Program-made: the position numbers and the translations under genes
Part shown: piece after piece, positions 62,701-64,000 of the stretch
How the letters are laid out: each line of letters begins with the position of its first letter
How positions within the stretch are numbered: position 1 is the stretch's first letter
Notes under the pieces: generated by a model
The model's input: the letters and a program-made list of their open reading frames with translations, nothing else
What the model was told of the DNA's origin: nothing
Database searches by the model: none
Source: Macrostomum lignano
Taxonomy: Eukaryota
DNA length: 64,000 bases
Direction: 5' to 3'
Assembly (NCBI GenBank): GCA_002269645.1
Contig: NIVC01001449.1
Span: forward strand, 62,001 to 126,000

Positions 62701-63740
62701 CGGCTCGACCAGAGACAGACAGCACTTTGAGCTGCACCACCTGGGCTTGAAACGGATTTGAGAGAGAGTAGCGTCGCCTCTCCAACTCGTCCCGTGGGCC
62801 ATCAAATAGCGCCTAAATGTTAAAAAAGCAATAATGATACTAATTTTGCGCTACGTATTTAATTAACAATAAATACACCCAAAACTCACTGGAACGTCCA
62901 AGCCCCAGTCTCTGTAGTAATTCAGCATGTCCTGCCGTGGTTCGTAAGCAAATAATAAATTAAACGCGGTCGGCCGACCACTGAACGGCACGTGTAGCAC
63001 CCCAGAGCCCTGCAGCGCCAAGCCAGTAACGGTGTAGGCACAGGGCAGGTACACAGTGAAGAAGTTACTGTACGAAAGCAAGTACATAGCAAAGTGGAAG
63101 GTCTCGTCTCCAGGCCAGTCCAGGGGCAGAGAGTACACGTCGCCGGCGTAATTGTTATAATCCGCGAGTCGGCTGGCGACAGCCGCGCCCACGGGAATGC
63201 GGCTACCGAAGCCGGCGCGAACGAAGGTCTGGTTGACCACCTGGTCGCCGGTGTAGCCTGCGGAGAGTGTACAGTTTGCCAGTGAAATATTCTATTTGGA
63301 AGTTGGATATGAATTCAGCGTAGGAGAGGATTGCCTTGTGACATTATTAAGCGTGCGTAGCTAGCTCGACTAACGTGGATGCAGTAGCTCTCATATAAAG
63401 ATATTGAAGCTCCCTATTAAAATTGCTTCGCTATATCAGGATTAAGGAATTCCCTTATCAGTTGGGATACCAATGCTCAAAAAGCTTGCTATAGGATTGG
63501 AAAGCTCAAGGCAAAATGCTTAGGAGTCAAAATCTAAGAGCAGATCGGACAATTGATGTTGAAATTTTCGAAGGGGCTTACATGCAAGTATACACACCAA
63601 GAAAATAAAACTAATTGTGCACAGTAAACCGCAATGGTCCACAGTTTCTCACCCAGTGGATAGCCGTACACTTCGATCTCGCAGACGGAGTAGGCCACTG
63701 ATATATTTGCGTTGCTGCGCACTCCAAAGAAACGAGCAAC
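6997..63740 (-). CDS. Giant polycystin-1-like (PKD1L/REJ family) multi-exon gene; 5' end outside window
   Basis: About 58 GT(GC)-AG exons join in frame (one 1-nt frameshift at ~12299; joins near 51.5 kb and 52.3-52.9 kb unresolved). Domain order REJ-GAIN/GPS-TM1-PLAT-TM2-5-TOP-channel is diagnostic of the PKD1 family. Orthologue not assignable. Confidence 0.93.
7369..8165 (-). CDS. PKD1-like exon: polycystin cation channel S2-S6 and pore loop
   Basis: ORF 7217-8152; SVWNIFNL, STQFSVMLGKFD pore loop, YIVLNMFVAILNDSYEEV S6; splice sites ttcag| and gaag|gtaag. Confidence 0.92.
8353..9184 (-). CDS. PKD1-like exon: channel S1 helix and TOP domain
   Basis: ORF 8349-9197; LRQLRI, GIYAGGGYTVVL, WLDNYTRAVFVEVDLFYPNVNLF. 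Confidence 0.92.
9316..9421 (-). CDS. PKD1-like exon (end of TM5 and linker)
   Basis: 106-nt exon VLAIGLFVSVLLRKDY...; aag| and |gtgag; phases 0/1 match neighbours. Confidence 0.8.
9922..10822 (-). CDS. PKD1-like exon: post-PLAT segment and TM2-TM5
   Basis: DDHLWMSL, FSRLQRLGVCFSILFMTMIANAMWY, FESLLLIQPLK motifs. Confidence 0.92.
10927..11348 (-). CDS. PKD1-like PLAT/LH2 domain (exons 11181-11348 and 10927-11087)
   Basis: YLLDVYTG...GTESRISFSLIG and LGDLKRLLVWHDSEG...WLLNRIIV; canonical splice sites, phases consistent. Confidence 0.9.
11524..12859 (-). CDS. PKD1-like exon: GAIN-B/GPS and TM1, with 1-nt frameshift at 12298-12300
   Basis: Overlapping ORFs 12138-12791 and 11485-12354; CQRWDE...W...C GPS-like motif, PNLIDF, TM1. 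Exon length 1336 nt needs +1 nt to fit flanking phases. Confidence 0.85.
12936..13523 (-). CDS. PKD1-like REJ-end/GAIN-A exons (13299-13523, 13099-13224, 12936-13029)
   Basis: Three exons with AG/GT ends and compatible phases (0-0, 0-0, 0-1). Confidence 0.8.
13999..14717 (-). CDS. PKD1-like REJ exons (14548-14717, 13999-14435)
   Basis: CLRNCNLKISSQKELHLLAEC; NSPPLGGNCTVFPLRGIAMVTKFKISCYGW typical REJ motif. Confidence 0.88.
14805..18960 (-). CDS. PKD1-like 4.16-kb exon: three unnamed Cys-rich repeats, PKD/Ig-like repeats, start of REJ
   Basis: ORF 14801-18865 extends to acceptor at 18961; FDFGDNT...HTYKDVGNYTISVVAWNQVS and ISFGDGS PKD motifs; many N-x-S/T sites. Confidence 0.92.
19081..19227 (-). 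CDS. EB/EGF-like Cys module exon
   Basis: LNETCESDLSC...C...CLCAPGHVYHQAKC; phase 1-1. Confidence 0.75.
19391..19996 (-). CDS. Fibrinogen C-terminal (FReD)-like domain exon
   Basis: FNASW...YSRGF, FWVGTEAL, YRLRVDMWD, FSTKDQ, GGSGWWY; phase 1-1. Confidence 0.88.
20122..21342 (-). CDS. F5/8 type C (discoidin)-like domain (exons 21191-21342, 20375-20548, 20122-20263)
   Basis: VILSQTYLISAIAITGQG and FKFDVFGC motifs; phases chain correctly. Confidence 0.7.
20835..21132 (-). mobile_element. Diverged tRNA-derived SINE
   Basis: Homologous to the SINE at 46320-50174 (gcaccctggcgca, gcgacattg, acactcacacag, ggggttggcc); degenerate A/B boxes at the right end. Confidence 0.6.
21553..21811. repeat. 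50-bp tandem repeat, about 5.2 identical copies
   Basis: cgcgtgtgta recurs at 21561, 21611, 21661, 21711, 21761. Confidence 0.95.
22057..22265. mobile_element. Possible TTAA-flanked MITE
   Basis: TTAA at 22053-56 and 22266-69; imperfect inverted ends gcgc..gaat...agctccgga. Confidence 0.4.
22399..22674 (-). CDS. PKD1-like exon, unassigned module
   Basis: Open phase 1-1 exon, ctacag| and gag|gtaag. Confidence 0.65.
23527..24309 (-). CDS. C-type lectin domain (exons 24117-24309, 23527-23777)
   Basis: CPVNFYYYNGRCF; YLGI...WTHWRYGEPS...C...W...C...FLCE. Confidence 0.85.
24430..24890 (-). CDS. Divergent discoidin-like domain (exons 24679-24890, 24430-24571)
   Basis: AARIRVQW...VRFKFYGC end motif; phases consistent. 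Confidence 0.7.
25084..26359 (-). CDS. Two F5/8 type C domains (exons 26127-26359, 25084-25714; alternative acceptor 25741)
   Basis: DEWLQISF, YIMEYSDEGLHW, VVGVVTAG, AKYVAFR...RLAILG. Confidence 0.8.
25824..25850. repeat. (GGAAT)n microsatellite
   Basis: About 5 copies. Confidence 0.9.
26542..27099 (-). CDS. Cys-rich segment plus kringle-like domain exon
   Basis: CY..GN...YSG...C..W...NYCR...C pattern; phase 1-1. Confidence 0.75.
27611..29179 (-). CDS. LamG/concanavalin-like domain (exons 28633-29179, 27611-27738)
   Basis: IGFWPL, YSVCFYLY, WWHFFCLSVD, LIFG...IFCLQVF pattern. Confidence 0.7.
29836..30188 (-). CDS. PKD1-like exon 29836-30114 plus possible 12-nt microexon 30177-30188
   Basis: Open phase 1-1 exon (ttctag| ... 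aca|gtgag); microexon flanked by attag| and |gtaagt. Confidence 0.55.
30539..32688 (+). mobile_element. Internally deleted P-superfamily element (P1)
   Basis: 32-bp TIR cacagatactaaataccctag(c/a)tgg(t/c)tcactc (30/32 match); perfect 8-bp TSD GTCTGGAC; THAP ORF 30994-31356; transposase C-terminal remnant (YVGGYV...C..C) 31725-32267; no catalytic core. Confidence 0.9.
30994..31356 (+). pseudogene. THAP zinc-finger ORF of P1 (third Cys changed to Arg)
   Basis: CCAATC...MHRLP...RW...RVRSVHF...LRWNAVP. Confidence 0.8.
32942..34278 (-). CDS. Fucolectin/FTP-like domain (exons 34017-34278, 32942-33160)
   Basis: GANDG, QWWRVDMQAVWHVSEVWLY, AQFVIVR...MAEVAVY. Confidence 0.8.
34447..35141 (-). CDS. 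C-type lectin domain (exons 34928-35141, 34447-34660)
   Basis: CPIGF..HG.SCY; WQWFDGS...FW...PGNHC...WLNIEC...PFICE. Confidence 0.88.
35466..37509 (+). mobile_element. Non-autonomous P-superfamily element (P2) with THAP remnant
   Basis: Perfect 32-bp TIR cacagatactataaacactagataggccactc; perfect TSD GATAGCAC; frameshifted THAP (HCCAPTC, MHKLPKDD, KRWQQLL, SLHF, RWDAIP) ~36005-36280. Confidence 0.88.
36547..36808. repeat. 40-bp tandem repeat, about 6.5 copies, inside P2
   Basis: atcaagcggc recurs every 40 bp from 36547 to 36787. Confidence 0.95.
38557..41720 (-). pseudogene. pol: pol (protease, RT, RNase H, integrase), disrupted
   Basis: VDTGA, YIDD, TDASKYG, H..HPG...C..C, SDNGSQF; frameshifts near 41720, 41320, 41170 and an in-frame TAG at 39427. 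Confidence 0.92.
41636..42604 (-). pseudogene. gag: gag with two CCHC zinc knuckles
   Basis: IGEFD...WEAYEERLEQFF; CFRCNAQDHWAKNC and CSKCGRVGHKSDAC. Confidence 0.9.
43127..43948 (+). mobile_element. 5'-truncated Penelope-like element with GIY-YIG endonuclease and inverted pseudo-LTR copy
   Basis: VYKFSC...YIGKTKRHL..RVREH...ILESMYI...PNLN (43390-43734); ~150-bp inverted repeats ~43148-43300 / ~43787-43943; 14-bp direct repeat tttacctctatatt at 43113 and 43935. Confidence 0.88.
43862..43894 (+). ncRNA. Minimal hammerhead-ribozyme-like core (second copy on minus strand 43198-43229)
   Basis: CUGAAGA-U-stem II (gg..cc)-GAAA-CGC-GUC with palindromic ACGCGU; stem I pairing not evident. Confidence 0.5.
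44150..45100 (-). CDS. Two F5/8-like domains (exons 44913-45100, 44661-44811, 44382-44575, 44150-44282)
   Basis: ILGVVVQG...YVRSFTLSY; PIKAKIVQF...MKLELLG; FQFRGC; all splice phases chain. Confidence 0.78.
46463..49947 (+). mobile_element. Full-length P-superfamily DNA transposon (P3)
   Basis: Perfect 32-bp TIR cacagaccaagaaatataactagactgcgcat; perfect 8-bp TSD GCAGGCAC. Confidence 0.96.
46757..49584 (+). CDS. THAP9/P-element-type transposase (~942 aa if one base is restored near 49227)
   Basis: C2CH THAP with AVP box, coiled coil, ADEMS, TCDGT, FLDVPHMLKLIRN, MKVYLASQLFS, SQDFLELFF; ORFs 46655-49237 and 49207-49584 join by +1 nt in an A run. Confidence 0.93.
50625..50960. repeat. 30-bp GC-skewed minisatellite (cagcaattcccccagtaagccttgacatct)
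   Basis: About 11 copies, central ones identical, outer ones decayed. Confidence 0.9.
51892..52273 (-). CDS. Fucolectin/FTP-like C-terminal half (exons 52137-52273, 51892-51982)
   Basis: VARYAGIRK...LPEFEVFG, homologous to the exon at 63653-63740. Confidence 0.7.
52894..53187 (-). CDS. Kringle domain exon
   Basis: C...Y.G..NVT.GG.ACQNWS...PH...NYCRN...YCYTMDP...CEVLPC; 3' donor uncertain. Confidence 0.88.
53449..53545. repeat. Alternating decamer repeat (gattcgatat gattcgattt)n
   Basis: Strict alternation from 53461 to 53540. Confidence 0.93.
53687..53717. repeat. (CA)n microsatellite
   Basis: About 15 units. Confidence 0.95.
53744..53986 (-). CDS. Fucolectin/FTP-like N-terminal half exon
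   Basis: RPNDG...HYWMVDLG...IRFIRVY; phase 1-1. Confidence 0.8.
54138..54305. mobile_element. Possible short MITE
   Basis: Imperfect inverted ends ccagggacggacccgga / tctgggtccactcctgg; no TSD seen. Confidence 0.4.
55350..55490 (-). mobile_element. CORE-type SINE fragment
   Basis: cccattttacagctgg...gttaagcgtcttgctgaagg resembles the CORE/MIR domain; tRNA-like A box at the right end. Confidence 0.5.
56070..56498 (-). CDS. F5/8 type C domain (exons 56340-56498, 56070-56214)
   Basis: ISVQG...FNITYSENARYW; ALAIRVYP...RLQLYGC. Confidence 0.8.
56751..57471 (-). CDS. PKD1-like exons 57284-57471 and 56751-57179 (possibly LamG-like)
   Basis: Open frames, canonical splice sites, phases 1-0 and 0-0. 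Confidence 0.65.
57539..58125 (-). CDS. Fucolectin/FTP-like domain (exons 57898-58125, 57539-57772)
   Basis: HWLLMDLK; VLVGNN...C...CDRPIIGRF...NLQVHG. Confidence 0.8.
58509..59474 (+). mobile_element. Decayed mariner-type transposon (second family)
   Basis: TIR cttcgggtgtgtca(t/a)aagt(a/t)atgtcactg, TA on both sides; PYSPDLNLCDRFLFKWLK remnant. Confidence 0.88.
59550..60123 (-). CDS. Exons 60001-60123 and 59550-59693 (partial kringle-like)
   Basis: C..NRG..Y...NVTREGIACLPW; phase 1-1 exons; donor of the lower exon uncertain. Confidence 0.55.
60215..60481 (-). CDS. PA14/GLEYA-like or unassigned extracellular module exon
   Basis: Phase 1-1 open exon; YYSTPWSGDLYF resembles PA14/GLEYA strands; domain call weak. 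Confidence 0.55.
60610..60908. repeat. 27-bp minisatellite (atgctaactggatgttacaccagtgcg), about 11 copies
   Basis: Period 27 visible in sequence and as the TSAMLTGCY ORF repeat; intronic. Confidence 0.93.
60960..61744 (-). CDS. Discoidin-like C-half and C-type lectin domain (exons 61437-61744, 60960-61171)
   Basis: CPLGF....SC...A...C; HVG...WFWIDG...W...QPG...FACQ. Confidence 0.82.
62137..63257 (-). CDS. F5/8-like domains (exons 62890-63257, 62662-62812, 62137-62336)
   Basis: VTGLALQG...FNLLFAY; PFQAQVVQL...VKFDLLG; phases chain. Confidence 0.78.
63653..63740 (-). CDS. Fucolectin/FTP-like C-terminal exon (most 5' exon resolved)
   Basis: VARFFGVR...SVCEIEVYG; ttacag| and |gtgag. Confidence 0.75.
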
Positions 63741-64000
63741 CTGTAAAGTACAAAAAGAGAGTGTATTTTAGTAAAGTATTTGGTATATGGAACAATCTAT
63801 AAAAACACATTTGCTGCAACTGCAGTTGCCGCGAACAGCATGTGCATTGCTGAGACTGCAGAGGTCGCAGCGTGACGCTTACACCAGCCCGAAAGTTCAC
63901 AAGCTCAAAGTTCAAATTACTGAATTTGTTGAAGTTGTGAGCTAGGTGGCGGGATACGTAGCAAGACTTTTGTCTATGTGAAATTTTGAGCTTGTGAAGT

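Overview
Eukaryotic (invertebrate animal) genomic DNA; the species cannot be fixed from sequence alone. Almost the whole window (6997 to beyond 63740, minus strand) is one very large polycystin-1-like (PKD1L/REJ family) gene. I traced about 58 exons by splice sites and reading-frame phase, giving roughly 20 kb of CDS (about 6,650 aa), and the N-terminus lies outside the window. The C-terminal part is canonical: PKD/Ig repeats, REJ, GAIN/GPS, PLAT, 11-TM/TOP channel. The N-terminal part is a long shuffled chain of F5/8-discoidin, fucolectin, C-type lectin, kringle, LamG-like, PA14-like, fibrinogen-C and EB modules. Introns and the 3' flank hold many transposons: a Mag-type Ty3/Gypsy LTR element with nested insertions, three P-superfamily elements (32-bp TIRs, 8-bp TSDs; one almost intact), two mariners, a Penelope fragment with hammerhead-like cores, SINEs, MITEs and minisatellites. 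The most unexpected signal is a strong excess of TA-CGAG-TA and TA-CGAGCG-TA words. They look like excision scars of a CGAG-terminated mariner cutting with a 4-nt stagger, and one is present in only one of the two LTRs. All exon borders and counts were made by eye and need computational confirmation.
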